Positions 55,038 to 64,000 of a DNA stretch of 64,000 bases are shown one piece after another; position 1 is the first letter of the stretch, and every line of letters starts with the position of its first letter. Where the stretch lies: the NCBI GenBank assembly GCA_910587785.1, contig CAJUOA010000003.1:32044-96043 (forward strand). Direction: 5' to 3'. The translations under genes and the position numbers were made by a program. Source of the DNA: an uncultured Oscillospiraceae bacterium (lineage in GTDB: Bacteria; Bacillota; Clostridia; Oscillospirales; Oscillospiraceae). The notes below the pieces were generated by a model. That model saw nothing but the letters and a program-made list of their open reading frames with translations, ran no database searches and was not told where the DNA came from.

Positions 55038-55823
55038 TCACCCCCGCCGGGAGCGGCCCAGGGTGAAGTCGATGAGCAGGCAGGCCGCGGCGGACATGAT
55101 ACTGCCCGCGATGTTGGCGGGGTGGGCAGGGAGGTGCAGGATCATGTTGATGACGTATCCCAGGAGCCCGCCCAGGAGGATGCTCCCCGCCGCCGCGCGC
55201 CACAGCCTCAGCCGCCGGAAGAGGCCGTAGACCGCCCACAGATAGGCCACGGAGAGAAAGACGATCCAGTAGATAGAGGCGGGGTAGCTGTCCCGGATCT
55301 GGAGCAGAAAGGGGATGATGGCGAAGGTCAGCACCGCCAGGCACCCGCCCACCGGCCGCTTCTCCAGCCGCAGGAGGGGGTAGCACAGCGCCCAGCCGAA
55401 GGCCACGCTCTTGAGCGCCAATAGGAGATAGGGGTTCCCCATCAGCGCGTAGAGGATGAGGAGCGGCACCGCCGCCGCGAGGCAGGAGGCGGTGAGGGCC
55501 ACGAAGGTCCAGAACCGCCACCCGCTGTTCTTCTTCCGGGCGGTCTCGGCATAGCGGACCGTCTCCAGCACCGCGTCCTGGACCTCCGGCGGCACGGGGG
55601 AGGGCGCTTCGTCCCGCTCCCCGGCCAGGAGCTCCGCCACGGTCACGCCCAGGGCGTCCGCAAGCTCCCGGAGCAGGGTGATGTCCGGACAGCTCACGCA
55701 CCGCTCCCACTTGCTGACCGCCTTGTCGGTGATGCCCAGCCGGTCGGCGAGCTGCTGTTGCGTCAGGCCCCGCTCCAGGCGCATATCCCGGATGAAGAGG
55801 CCGATCCGTTCCTGTTGTTCCAT
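55038..55823 (-). CDS. XRE-family HTH protein with a C-terminal multi-TM domain
   Basis: IRDMRLERGLTQQQLADRLGITDKAVSKWERC HTH followed by ~5 TM helices. Confidence 0.78.
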   Translation of the reverse strand: MEQQERIGLFIRDMRLERGLTQQQLADRLGITDKAVSKWERCVSCPDITLLRELADALGVTVAELLAGERDEAPSPVPPEVQDAVLETVRYAETARKKNSGWRFWTFVALTASCLAAAVPLLILYALMGNPYLLLALKSVAFGWALCYPLLRLEKRPVGGCLAVLTFAIIPFLLQIRDSYPASIYWIVFLSVAYLWAVYGLFRRLRLWRAAAGSILLGGLLGYVINMILHLPAHPANIAGSIMSAAACLLIDFTLGRSRRG

Positions 55824-55919
55824 AAGGTATGTCCTCCTTCTTGTTGGTAGGACTATTTTGAGGGCAAAAAGAGGGAAAAACAACCGCCAATTAGTCGATA
55901 GAGGGGGTGGACTAATGGT

Positions 55920-56561
55920 TTAGTCCTCCGGCGGAAGCCAATTGGCCCGCTCTGGATGGCGGTCCACGGGGACCCAGTCCCTCCAGGGGGCAACCCTTCC
56001 GCCGTTTTGGGCAGCGGCGCTTGTCACGTCGGCATAGACGCAAAAGAGCGTGATGATATCCAGGTCAGCCCCGCCGCTGTAGAGGACCTCCCAGGGCGGG
56101 TCGTACTGTCCCCAGGCGGTCTGCCGCCGGTAGAGAGCAATCTGCCGACCGTTTTTGACCAGCGATTCCTTGAAGCCGGTGTGGGCGCACAGCTCGTAGC
56201 AGTCCTGCCCGATGGCAAAGCGGCGGCGCGGCCCCCGCCTGATCACGAACCGCCCATTTTCCAAGACAACAGGCGGCAGCGGGAAGATCAGCAGTCCCGC
56301 AAGGATGGCCGCACCGAAAACGCCCCGAGGCGCGCCGGGCAGGAGCACCCCCAAAAGCAGTCCCCCAAAGAAGATCCATGTGCGCGGGTCGAACCCCCGC
56401 AGGACGTACTTCTCCCGCCCGTCCCGGAAGGTGACGGCCCGGTATCCGGCGGCAAAGAACCGCCTGCGGTGGTACAGGCCCACCGGCTCACCGCCGCTGA
56501 GATATTGAAAGCCGTCCTTAGTTGGCCTCCTCTGGATGCACAGCGCCGCCATCGGTCTCAC
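55920..56561 (-). CDS. hypothetical protein with a central TM hairpin (start uncertain)
   Basis: The 213-aa ORF overlaps the trmD stop by 44 nt. High GC3. I recognise no motif. Confidence 0.4.
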   Translation of the reverse strand: MRPMAALCIQRRPTKDGFQYLSGGEPVGLYHRRRFFAAGYRAVTFRDGREKYVLRGFDPRTWIFFGGLLLGVLLPGAPRGVFGAAILAGLLIFPLPPVVLENGRFVIRRGPRRRFAIGQDCYELCAHTGFKESLVKNGRQIALYRRQTAWGQYDPPWEVLYSGGADLDIITLFCVYADVTSAAAQNGGRVAPWRDWVPVDRHPERANWLPPED

Positions 56562-57315
56562 GCTCCCTCTTCAGCTCCTCGTATACCTCCGCCAAAAGCT
56601 TCCGGTCCTGCTTGGAGCCCTGGAAGTCCGCCTCCCGGAACATATCCGGCCTGCGGCGGAGGGTGCGGAGCATGGACTGCTTCTTCCGCCACCGGGCCAC
56701 ATTGGCGTGGTGGCCGCTGAGGAGGACCTCCGGCACCCGCCTGCCGTGCCACTCCTCGGGGCGGCTGTAGTGGGGATGCTCCAAAAGGCCGTTCCAGTGG
56801 CTCTCTTCTTCGTAGCAGGCGGCCTCTGGCAGAACGCCCGGCACCATCCGGCACACCGCGTCCGCCACCGCCATGGCTGGAATTTCCCCGCCGGTGAGGA
56901 CGAAGTCCCCCATGGAGATCTCCTCGTCCACACACTCCTCCAGGAACCGCTCGTCCACGCCCTCATAGTGGCCGCAGACCAGGATCAGGTGGTCGTAGTC
57001 CGCGAGGAGCTGACGGGCCTTGGCCTGCGAGAAGGTCTCCCCGCAGGGGGACAGGTAGATGGTCCGGCTCTTCTCCGTGCCGAAGTTCTCTTTAATGTAG
57101 GCCCAGCACCGGTAGAGGGGGTCGGCCTGCATCACCGCCCCCCGGCCCCCGCCGTAGGGGTAGTCGTCCACCTGTTTCTGCTTGTTCATGGTGAAGTCCC
57201 GGATTTGATGGGCCTCAATGCGGATATACCCCCGCTCCTGGGCCCGGCCCAGGATGGATTCGTTCATCATGTCCCCCACCGTCTCGGGGAAGAGCGTCAT
57301 AATATCAATCCTCAT
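56518..57315 (-). CDS. trmD: tRNA (guanine37-N1)-methyltransferase
   Basis: MRIDIMTLFPE, DDYPYGGG.G.VM and LVCGHYEGVDER motifs. It has a ~30-aa C-terminal extension. Confidence 0.92.
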   Translation of the reverse strand: MRIDIMTLFPETVGDMMNESILGRAQERGYIRIEAHQIRDFTMNKQKQVDDYPYGGGRGAVMQADPLYRCWAYIKENFGTEKSRTIYLSPCGETFSQAKARQLLADYDHLILVCGHYEGVDERFLEECVDEEISMGDFVLTGGEIPAMAVADAVCRMVPGVLPEAACYEEESHWNGLLEHPHYSRPEEWHGRRVPEVLLSGHHANVARWRKKQSMLRTLRRRPDMFREADFQGSKQDRKLLAEVYEELKRERETDGGAVHPEEAN

Positions 57316-57811
57316 GACTGCCAAGCCCCTCCATCATGTGGATATCGATGGTCCCTCCAACCAGGTCCACCCCGGCGATAAAGGCGGGGACGAAGGGGAC
57401 CAGGTACTCGTCCCTCCCGCCCCGGACGGCGCAGAGCTTGTGGGCCGGGTAGTGGAGGACCTCCTCCACGGTGCCCACGGTATCGCCGGTGGCGGCGTCC
57501 CGGGCGGTGAGGCCGGTGAGCTCCTCGTCGAAGTACTCCCCGCGGGGAAGCGCCACATCCGCCCGGCGGATGGAGACGGCCTTGCCCTTCAGGGCCAAGG
57601 CGGCGTCCATATCATCGATGCCCTTGAGCTTGACCAGCAGGCACCCCTTGTGGATGCGCCGGGCGGCGGGGGCCATGGGTGCACCGTCCACATAGAGGGC
57701 GGGGCAGTCCAGCAGGAGCTCCGGCTCCACGCCCTCCGGCAGGACCTTGACCTCCCCCCGGACGCCGTGGGTGTTCACGATCCGGCCTGCCCGGATCATT
57801 GTCAGTTCCAT
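57305..57811 (-). CDS. rimM: 16S rRNA processing protein RimM
   Basis: GRIVNTHGVRGEVKV N-terminus plus a PRC-barrel C-terminus. Confidence 0.9.
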   Translation of the reverse strand: MELTMIRAGRIVNTHGVRGEVKVLPEGVEPELLLDCPALYVDGAPMAPAARRIHKGCLLVKLKGIDDMDAALALKGKAVSIRRADVALPRGEYFDEELTGLTARDAATGDTVGTVEEVLHYPAHKLCAVRGGRDEYLVPFVPAFIAGVDLVGGTIDIHMMEGLGSHED

Positions 57812-57945
57812 GTCATGTGTCTCCTTTGCGGTGTGATTTTTCCCATCTTACTATATTTTTTGCAAAAGAGCAATGCGGCGGAGCATCTTTTTCTCCCAGT
57901 GGAGAGAAAATTTGCCGGAAATCCCATCAAAAGGCGAAAACCGCC

Positions 57946-57974
57946 TTGACAAAACATATTATACAAAATACAAT
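57946..57974 (+). promoter_or_regulatory. sigma-A-type promoter of padR
   Basis: TTGACA, a 17-nt spacer, then TACAAT. Confidence 0.65.
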
Positions 57975-58002
57975 ATCAACAAGAGATGAAGGAGGTGATA
58001 CC

Positions 58003-58329
58003 ATGACATTCGCGATCGGGACCCCGCTGCTGGACACCTGCGTCCTGGCGGTGCTCAGCCGGGGTGACGCCTACGGCTACGCCCTGACGGCCCAGGTCAA
58101 GGAGGTGCTGGACATCTCTGAGTCCACGCTGTATCCGGTCCTGCGCCGCCTGCAGGCCGAGGGCTGTCTGAGCGCCTACAACCGCGCCTACCGCAACCGC
58201 AACCGCCGCTACTACGCCATCACCGAGGCGGGCCGCGTCCGCCTCGCGGAGAACCGGGCCCTCTGGAGAGCCTACTGCGAGGGCGTGGACTGGCTTTTGA
58301 GGGAGGAAGCAAAGGATGGAGAGGCGTGA
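58003..58329 (+). CDS. PadR family transcriptional regulator
   Basis: D.CVLAVLSRGDAYGY.L........ISESTLYPVLRRL..EG.L winged-helix motif. Confidence 0.88.
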   Translation: MTFAIGTPLLDTCVLAVLSRGDAYGYALTAQVKEVLDISESTLYPVLRRLQAEGCLSAYNRAYRNRNRRYYAITEAGRVRLAENRALWRAYCEGVDWLLREEAKDGEA

Positions 58330-61300
58330 GTACTTAGCGCGGCTGGACCGGGCCCTGCGGGAGCTGACCGGGAGCCGGGAGCGGCAGGACATTCTCGCCT
58401 ACTACCGGGAGTACCTGGAGGAGGCGGGAAGCGAGGGCGAGACGGAGGCCATGGACGCCCTGGGCGCTCCGGAGGTGCTTGCCCTGCGCTCGGTGGAGCC
58501 GGTCCCGGAGACGCCGCCGCTCCCCAGGCGCAGGCCCGTCCCCCGGCCCGTCCCGGAGGACGCCTGCCGCAGTCCCGCCGCCCTTCTGGGCCTGCGCTTC
58601 GAGGCGGTCCGGCTGGACGTGGACGGCGTCCAGGTGCGCCTGGAGGCCGGGGAGGCATTTCTCGTCCGCCTGGACGGCGAGGCCCTCGCCTGCGCGGTCC
58701 AGGACGGCGTGCTCCGGGTGTCCGGGAGCGGGGAGGCGGGGAGCCTCGTGTCCATCACCGTCCCTCAAGGGGAGCGCCTGGAGGAGGTCCGGCTCAGGAC
58801 CCGTGGCGGGGACGTGCTGGTGGGCGCGGTGGAGATAGGGAGGCTGTCCGTGGACGCCGGGGCCGGGAGCGTGGAGCTCCGGGGCGCCCGGGCCGGGGCG
58901 CTGGACCTGTGCTCCAGGACCGGCATCAGCACCCCGGGGAGCCGGGTCCCCCAGCGCCTGCGGGGCCGTGCGGCCCCCGGGAGGAGACAAACGAACAGGA
59001 GGGAGCATGGACCAATGAAGACTAATGTTTTTCTGCGCTCCACCCGGCGTCAGCCGGTGCGGGCCGTGTGCCTCGTGCTGGTGACGGTTTTTGTCACCTT
59101 CGCCTTTGTGGGGAGGGCATCGGAGTATCTGCTTATCAAACAGGAGACGGAACGGCTGGGGAGCTGGTACCGCACCGTCGGAGAGCTGGAGCCCCTGGAG
59201 AAGGGCGCCGCCGCGGACCTGGAGAGCGCCGCTGCGTATCTTGCGGAGAGCAGCTACATAAAATTGGCAGACCGCCCGCAGTACACGTCTGCTGTCATGA
59301 AGGACGTCTACAATGCGGATACAGACGGCACCGGCCAACCTGCGATGGAATTTGGCCATGTGTTCTTTTATGGGACGCTGACCGACAAGATGCAGCTCAC
59401 CCCGGGAAACTACAAATTCTATTTCACCGTGGATTCCGTGGCCGCCGGTTATCCGGAGTACATCGCCCTGGGTGCGAAGGCCGGTATGCAGAACAATATC
59501 GATGACCTGCTTGGGCATGGATATTACCAGTACGAAGACTTGGCGGAGCCCTTTGCGGAAATGGAGGTCGGACAGCGCTATTTCCTGCGCGGGAGCAAAA
59601 ACGAGGTGCGGATCGATCAACCGGAATTCCGCTTCACAGCCCTGACGGAGGACGGCCCCTGGTACATCCCGGTGGAGCCGGAGGAGGAGATCGACTTCAC
59701 CGCGCCGGAGTGGGCGGACGTGGCGGCGGCGATGGCGCTCCAGGACGGCAATATGCACGCTCTCAGCGTCATCGCCGTTCAGGACATGAGCGCCCTGCCG
59801 GAGACCCAGGAGGCGTCTGGAGCGCTGTATCTCACCGAGGGCCGGTGGCTGACAAACGCGGACCACGCCCAGGGCCGGAAGGTCTGCGTCATCCGGGAGG
59901 CTCTGGCGGAGCGGCGGGACCTCCATGCGGGGGATACCCTGGACCTGACGCTGCGGGATATCACCAATGGCGAATATGACTATGGAAACCTGTACTTGGA
60001 GGAGGACCTGGCCCGGCGGGACAGCATGGAGACCGCCTCGGACACCTATGAGATCGTGGGCATCTACAACGCAGTCAACGCATCCAGCACCACCTGCTAC
60101 AGCCGGGTCGCCTACATCCCCGCCTCGGCGGTGCCGGAGGGCTTCAGCCACGCCGCGCCGTCGGAAACGGTGAAGTTTGAACTGGCCTCCCCTGCGGAGG
60201 AGCTCTCGTTCCTGGCAGAGGCGGAGGGGCCTCTGGCGGCGCTGGGCCTGCGTCCGGTTCTGGTGGAGAACGGCTTTGCCGACTTCCAGGCGGCGGCGAA
60301 ACCCATGGCCCGGTCGGCGCGCTTCAACGCGCTGGTCTACTCCGCCGTGCTCCTGGTGGCGCTGTGTCTGGTGGAATTCCTCTACTTTTTCATGCGCAGG
60401 CAGGAGCTGGCCATCGCCCGGGCGCTGGGGCTTCCGGCGAAGCGGTGCGCAAAGCAGAGCGCCCTGCCGCTGTTAATGACCGGCTTTGCGGCCATCCTCG
60501 CTGGGGGCGTCCTGGGCTGGCGGCACACCCTGGACAACGCCGCTGTGACCCTGGAGGCGCTGTCGGCCTTCGGCGGCAGTACCGCCGGACTGTCTGGCCT
60601 TTGGCTGGTGGTCCTCTGCGGCGCGGTCCTGGCGCTCTTCCTGGGGATAACTGCGGTGATCGCCTCCGCACTGGTCAAGCGGCCCGTTCTGCGGCAGATG
60701 CAGGGCCGGGTCCAGAAGAAGGCCCGAAAAACGGGCCCGGTCCGGCAGGAGGGCTCACGGCCGCTGTCTCCGCTGGACCTGAGCGCCGCCCTCTCCACGC
60801 AGCTTCCCCGGTCACGGACAAAAGGGATCGCTTTCGTATTCCGTTTTGCACTGCGCCACGTCCTGCGTGCGCCGGTAAAATCTCTGCTGGCGATGGGGCT
60901 GGCGGCGGTGTTCACCGTGGGACTGGCTGTGATGCAGCTCTCGATCACCACCAGCGAGGAGGAACTGGCGTCGCTATATGAGAATACCAGCGTAGCGCTG
61001 GATATCGTCCGTGTGGACACAGAAAGGTACGAGGGAGCAGCGGAATTTCTCCGGGAGGCAACGGTCCAAAAGCTGCTGGATGCAGGCTATGTCGCCAACA
61101 CCTATTTAGAGGGCCATACAGACGGCGCGATCCGCCCCCATGCGGCGCTGCTGGAGGAGGGGGAAGCCCGCTTCCTGACCGGCCTCCCCAAACAGATGGA
61201 CCTCCGGTCGCTGACGGATTGGGACGCTTTCACCAGCATTGGAAGCGGCGCGGATGTGACCGCCACGTTCTTTGAGAGCTGGGACAAGAGCCTTTTTGCA

Positions 61301-62068
61301 CGGGATTGGAGCCAAACAGACCTGCCTCCGGTGCTTATCTCCCGGTTCCACCAGGAGTTTTACGACTTCCAGCCCGGGGATACCATCGGCATCCTCTGCA
61401 AGGGTGCTTATCAAGTCTGCCAAGTGGCAGGCGTCTATGAGGGCGCGGTGTCCGGAGCGGACAGGGGCTTTCCTGTCCTGCTCCCAGAGAGCGTCCTGCG
61501 GTCTATCCGGGGGGAGAAATTGGCCTATATCCGGGCCCACTTTTCCCTGGACCCGGCGAAAAACCGGGAAATGGCCGGATTCCGCACCGTTCTGGAGGAG
61601 ATCGTCAGCGCTCCCGGCGCGGGGCTGACGCCCCTGCGGGCAGTGCTCCTGGACGAAGAGCTCCGCCAAGCCGTGGAGCCCCTGGAGGACAGCATCGCCC
61701 TGATGAAGCTCCTCTATCCGGTGGTGGTCGTGCTCTCAGTGCTGGTAGCGGCGGGGGTGTCGGTGCTGTTCGTGATGCTCTCGGCCAAGGAGGCGGCGAT
61801 CCTCCGGGTGCAGGGCACCAGCCGTCCCAGGACGGTGGTGATGTTGCTGCTCCAGCAGTTCCTGCCCAGCATCCTGGGCCTCGCGGCAGGACTTGCGGGG
61901 ATCTTGATATCCGTCAGCGGGGCCCGGCCGCCGCTATTACCTGATATCGCCCCCGGCGCGGCGCTGTGCGCAGGGCTCTACCTGCTGTCCGCCATAGCGG
62001 GGGCCGTATCCGCCGCAATCCTTCTGACAGCGAAAAATCCGTTGGAAATGCTGCAAGTGAGAGAATAG
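58316..62068 (+). CDS. single 1250-aa ORF: DUF1700-like N-terminus and DUF4097-like beta-repeat region fused in frame to a tandem FtsX-domain ABC permease (candidate internal start ATG at 59015)
   Basis: N-terminus MERREYLARLDRAL..L....RQDILAYYREYLEEAG is typical of PadR-linked DUF1700, followed by V.L.G/S.G.V repeats. From MKTNVFLRSTRRQP.. onward there are two TM1 / large external domain / 3-TM FtsX units. No stop codon separates the parts. Confidence 0.6.
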   Translation: MERREYLARLDRALRELTGSRERQDILAYYREYLEEAGSEGETEAMDALGAPEVLALRSVEPVPETPPLPRRRPVPRPVPEDACRSPAALLGLRFEAVRLDVDGVQVRLEAGEAFLVRLDGEALACAVQDGVLRVSGSGEAGSLVSITVPQGERLEEVRLRTRGGDVLVGAVEIGRLSVDAGAGSVELRGARAGALDLCSRTGISTPGSRVPQRLRGRAAPGRRQTNRREHGPMKTNVFLRSTRRQPVRAVCLVLVTVFVTFAFVGRASEYLLIKQETERLGSWYRTVGELEPLEKGAAADLESAAAYLAESSYIKLADRPQYTSAVMKDVYNADTDGTGQPAMEFGHVFFYGTLTDKMQLTPGNYKFYFTVDSVAAGYPEYIALGAKAGMQNNIDDLLGHGYYQYEDLAEPFAEMEVGQRYFLRGSKNEVRIDQPEFRFTALTEDGPWYIPVEPEEEIDFTAPEWADVAAAMALQDGNMHALSVIAVQDMSALPETQEASGALYLTEGRWLTNADHAQGRKVCVIREALAERRDLHAGDTLDLTLRDITNGEYDYGNLYLEEDLARRDSMETASDTYEIVGIYNAVNASSTTCYSRVAYIPASAVPEGFSHAAPSETVKFELASPAEELSFLAEAEGPLAALGLRPVLVENGFADFQAAAKPMARSARFNALVYSAVLLVALCLVEFLYFFMRRQELAIARALGLPAKRCAKQSALPLLMTGFAAILAGGVLGWRHTLDNAAVTLEALSAFGGSTAGLSGLWLVVLCGAVLALFLGITAVIASALVKRPVLRQMQGRVQKKARKTGPVRQEGSRPLSPLDLSAALSTQLPRSRTKGIAFVFRFALRHVLRAPVKSLLAMGLAAVFTVGLAVMQLSITTSEEELASLYENTSVALDIVRVDTERYEGAAEFLREATVQKLLDAGYVANTYLEGHTDGAIRPHAALLEEGEARFLTGLPKQMDLRSLTDWDAFTSIGSGADVTATFFESWDKSLFARDWSQTDLPPVLISRFHQEFYDFQPGDTIGILCKGAYQVCQVAGVYEGAVSGADRGFPVLLPESVLRSIRGEKLAYIRAHFSLDPAKNREMAGFRTVLEEIVSAPGAGLTPLRAVLLDEELRQAVEPLEDSIALMKLLYPVVVVLSVLVAAGVSVLFVMLSAKEAAILRVQGTSRPRTVVMLLLQQFLPSILGLAAGLAGILISVSGARPPLLPDIAPGAALCAGLYLLSAIAGAVSAAILLTAKNPLEMLQVRE

Positions 62069-62088
62069 CTACCGCAAAAACCGCCGTA

Positions 62089-63447
62089 TCAGTTTTCTTT
62101 CCCCTCGCTGTAGGGCTGGTAGCGCATGGGGAGGTCCAGCCAAGTCCGCTTGTCCACGATGCTCTTACGGTGGGAGAAGGTCTCGAAGCCCGCTCTGCCG
62201 TGGTAAGCGCCCATCCCGCTGGGCCCCACGCCGCCGAAGCCCATATGGCTGGTGGCCAAGTGGATGACGGTGTCGTTGACACAGCCGCCGCCGAAGGCAC
62301 AGCGGCTGGTGACGGTCCGAACGGCCTCCCGGTCCTGGGAGAATAGATAGAGCGCGAGAGGGTGGGGGAGGCCGTTCGCGATCCGGACGGCCTCCTCCAG
62401 CTCTTGGAAGGTCAATATTGGCAGGAGGGGGCCGAAAATCTCCTCCCCCATCACCGGGCCGTCCCAGGGCACGCCGTCCAGGACGGTGGGGGCGATGCGG
62501 CAGGTTTCCGGGTCCAGCTGACCGCCAAAAACGACCTTTTCCGGCGTAATCAGGCTGGAAATCCGATCAAAATGCTTCCGATTGATGATTTTCCCGTAGT
62601 CTGGATTTTGCAAGGGCTCATCCCCGAACTGGGCCCTGATCTCCCGGACGATCTCCTCCACGAGCTGGTCGTGGACCGCCTTGTGGCAGAGTACATAATC
62701 TGGCGCTACACAGGTCTGACCGCAGTTGAGGAACTTCCCGAATACGATCCGCCGGGCCGCTAAGGAAATCTTAGCGGTCCGGTCCACGATACAGGGGCTT
62801 TTTCCACCCAGCTCCAATGTCACGGGCGTCAGACGCTCTGCGGCCTGCCGCAGGACCTCCCGGCCTACGGTCTGGCTTCCGGTGAAGAAGATGTGGTCAA
62901 AGGGGGCTTGGAGCAGGGAGCGGTTCTCCTCGCGGCCTCCGGTGACCACGGCCACATAGGAGGGCTCGAAGCACTCGCCGATCACTTCCTCCAGCAGGGC
63001 GCTGGAGGCGGGGGCGTAGGCGCTGGGTTTCAGCACGGCGGTATTGCCTGCTGCCAGGGCGTCTGTCAGGGGGCCGATGGTCAGGAGGAAGGGGTAGTTC
63101 CAGGGGCTCATGATAAGGTTCACCCCGTAGGGGGAGGGCTTGGTATAACTTCGGGCGGCGAACTGGGCGAGAGGCGTAGGCACCCGCCGTTCTGCGGCAA
63201 AGGAGCGGGTATGCCGGAGCATATAGGTGATCTCGCTGAGGGCGAGGCCCACCTCGCACATATAGCTCTCGGTCCGGCTCTTGCCGAGGTCCTCCCGGAG
63301 GGCGGCGCAGATGTCCGCCTCCCGGCGTTTGACGGCTTTCCGCAGGCAGTGGAGGGCTCCCAGGCGGAAGCCCACGTCCAGCGTCTGTCCGCTGTCGAAG
63401 AATTTTCTCTGTTCAGAGATAAGTCTTTTGATTTGCTCCTGGTCCAT
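62089..63447 (-). CDS. NAD(P)+-dependent aldehyde dehydrogenase (class-3-like)
   Basis: 452 aa. LELGGKSP and the catalytic Cys region F.N.GQTCVAPDY. Confidence 0.88.
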   Translation of the reverse strand: MDQEQIKRLISEQRKFFDSGQTLDVGFRLGALHCLRKAVKRREADICAALREDLGKSRTESYMCEVGLALSEITYMLRHTRSFAAERRVPTPLAQFAARSYTKPSPYGVNLIMSPWNYPFLLTIGPLTDALAAGNTAVLKPSAYAPASSALLEEVIGECFEPSYVAVVTGGREENRSLLQAPFDHIFFTGSQTVGREVLRQAAERLTPVTLELGGKSPCIVDRTAKISLAARRIVFGKFLNCGQTCVAPDYVLCHKAVHDQLVEEIVREIRAQFGDEPLQNPDYGKIINRKHFDRISSLITPEKVVFGGQLDPETCRIAPTVLDGVPWDGPVMGEEIFGPLLPILTFQELEEAVRIANGLPHPLALYLFSQDREAVRTVTSRCAFGGGCVNDTVIHLATSHMGFGGVGPSGMGAYHGRAGFETFSHRKSIVDKRTWLDLPMRYQPYSEGKEN

Positions 63448-63468
63448 AGCGGCCTCCTTTTTGTGCCC

Positions 63469-63903
63469 TTACAGGACAAAGCGGTAGATGCACTTTTTCC
63501 GCTCTCCCCGCTGGTACATGTCGTTGTCCTCCGGGACGTCCACCACGCCCTCCAGCACGCCGCCCGCGTACTCGCAGGTTTTTCGGGAGGCGGTATTTTC
63601 CGGGTTGCAGGTGATATAGAGGTAGTCCATGCCGTGCTTTTTTGCCAGCTGGAAGAGGAGCAGGCAGGCTTTGCCCGCGTAGTGGCGCCCACGGTGGGGC
63701 TCCCCCACTCCATAGCCAATATTGCCGCCGTAGTAGACGCCTTCATTATGCCCGATCCGCAGGTCGCACACACCAGCCTGTGTGCCGTCCGGCAGGCAGA
63801 TTTTGAAATGATACGCCGGAAGCCAATCGTCTTTTCCTTCTACCGTGTGGTCTAATTTTAAGATGATCTCCTCTGTTTTGAGGAATTCTGTGTCTAAAAA
63901 CAT
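63469..63903 (-). CDS. GNAT family N-acetyltransferase
   Basis: HRGRHYAGKA acetyl-CoA loop and N..S.K..E..G tail. Confidence 0.78.
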   Translation of the reverse strand: MFLDTEFLKTEEIILKLDHTVEGKDDWLPAYHFKICLPDGTQAGVCDLRIGHNEGVYYGGNIGYGVGEPHRGRHYAGKACLLLFQLAKKHGMDYLYITCNPENTASRKTCEYAGGVLEGVVDVPEDNDMYQRGERKKCIYRFVL

Positions 63904-63944
63904 GGTTTTCTCCTTTGTAGGATCGCTTCATCTATTCGATAGTC

Positions 63945-64000
63945 CCGGGAGCTTCGCGCCCCCGGACCCCCGGCTACTTTTTCCGCGTGGAAAAAGTAGC
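63945..64000. repeat. copy of the 5338/5849-type repeat, cut by the window end
   Basis: cccgggagcttcgcgcccccggacccccggctactttttccgcgtggaaaaagtagc has the same architecture as the reverse complement of 5849-5905. Confidence 0.7.

Noticed and set aside
1-64000. Prophage, transposon, integron, or rRNA/tRNA genes
   Set aside because: I found no integrase, transposase, recombinase, phage structural motifs or cloverleaf-like sequences in any intergenic gap. The window appears to be core chromosome with a few accessory inserts.

Overview
This 64 kb window is very GC-rich (hand-counted samples of typical genes are about 65-75% G+C). Gene content looks like the chromosome of a spore-forming Clostridia, probably Oscillospiraceae-like. 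That call rests on the scpA/scpB-ytfI-ytfJ-dacB sporulation neighbourhood, an ispH-S1 fusion and SLH-anchored surface proteins. Most of the window is housekeeping: lplA-lpd, queA, asd, scpAB, rluB, cmk-plsC-ispH/rpsA, rarA, guaB, ppiB, smpB, a walRK-like two-component system, rimM-trmD and an aldehyde dehydrogenase. I found no rRNA, tRNA, CRISPR array, integrase or transposase.

Four accessory-looking blocks stand out:
- 17.5-27.9 kb: an orphan hybrid histidine kinase, an orphan solute-binding protein, a 1589-aa dockerin-bearing M60-like (HEIGH) surface protein, and a cohesin-like/SLH anchor protein. This is the best candidate for an undescribed surface-display system.
- 28.0-33.3 kb: TetR, HdeD-like, MMPL and a coiled-coil YhgE-like partner.
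- 37.1-41.8 kb: a thioredoxin-like lipoprotein, a CXXC micro-ORF and a membrane polyferredoxin, followed by two G3E/CobW-type GTPases. One GTPase has a duplicated His/Cys-rich tract and the other has a DUF1980-like tail.
- 58.0-62.1 kb: PadR plus an in-frame fusion of a DUF1700/DUF4097-like module to an ATPase-less double-FtsX permease.

Intergenic DNA carries a dispersed family of GC-rich multi-hairpin repeats. One 700-bp non-coding block (5.2-5.9 kb) has its own terminator.

Many long ORFs in the supplied track are antisense or shadow ORFs typical of high-GC DNA and were rejected. All family assignments come from motif recognition by eye. No database search or folding was run. Start codons were chosen from RBS spacing and are provisional.
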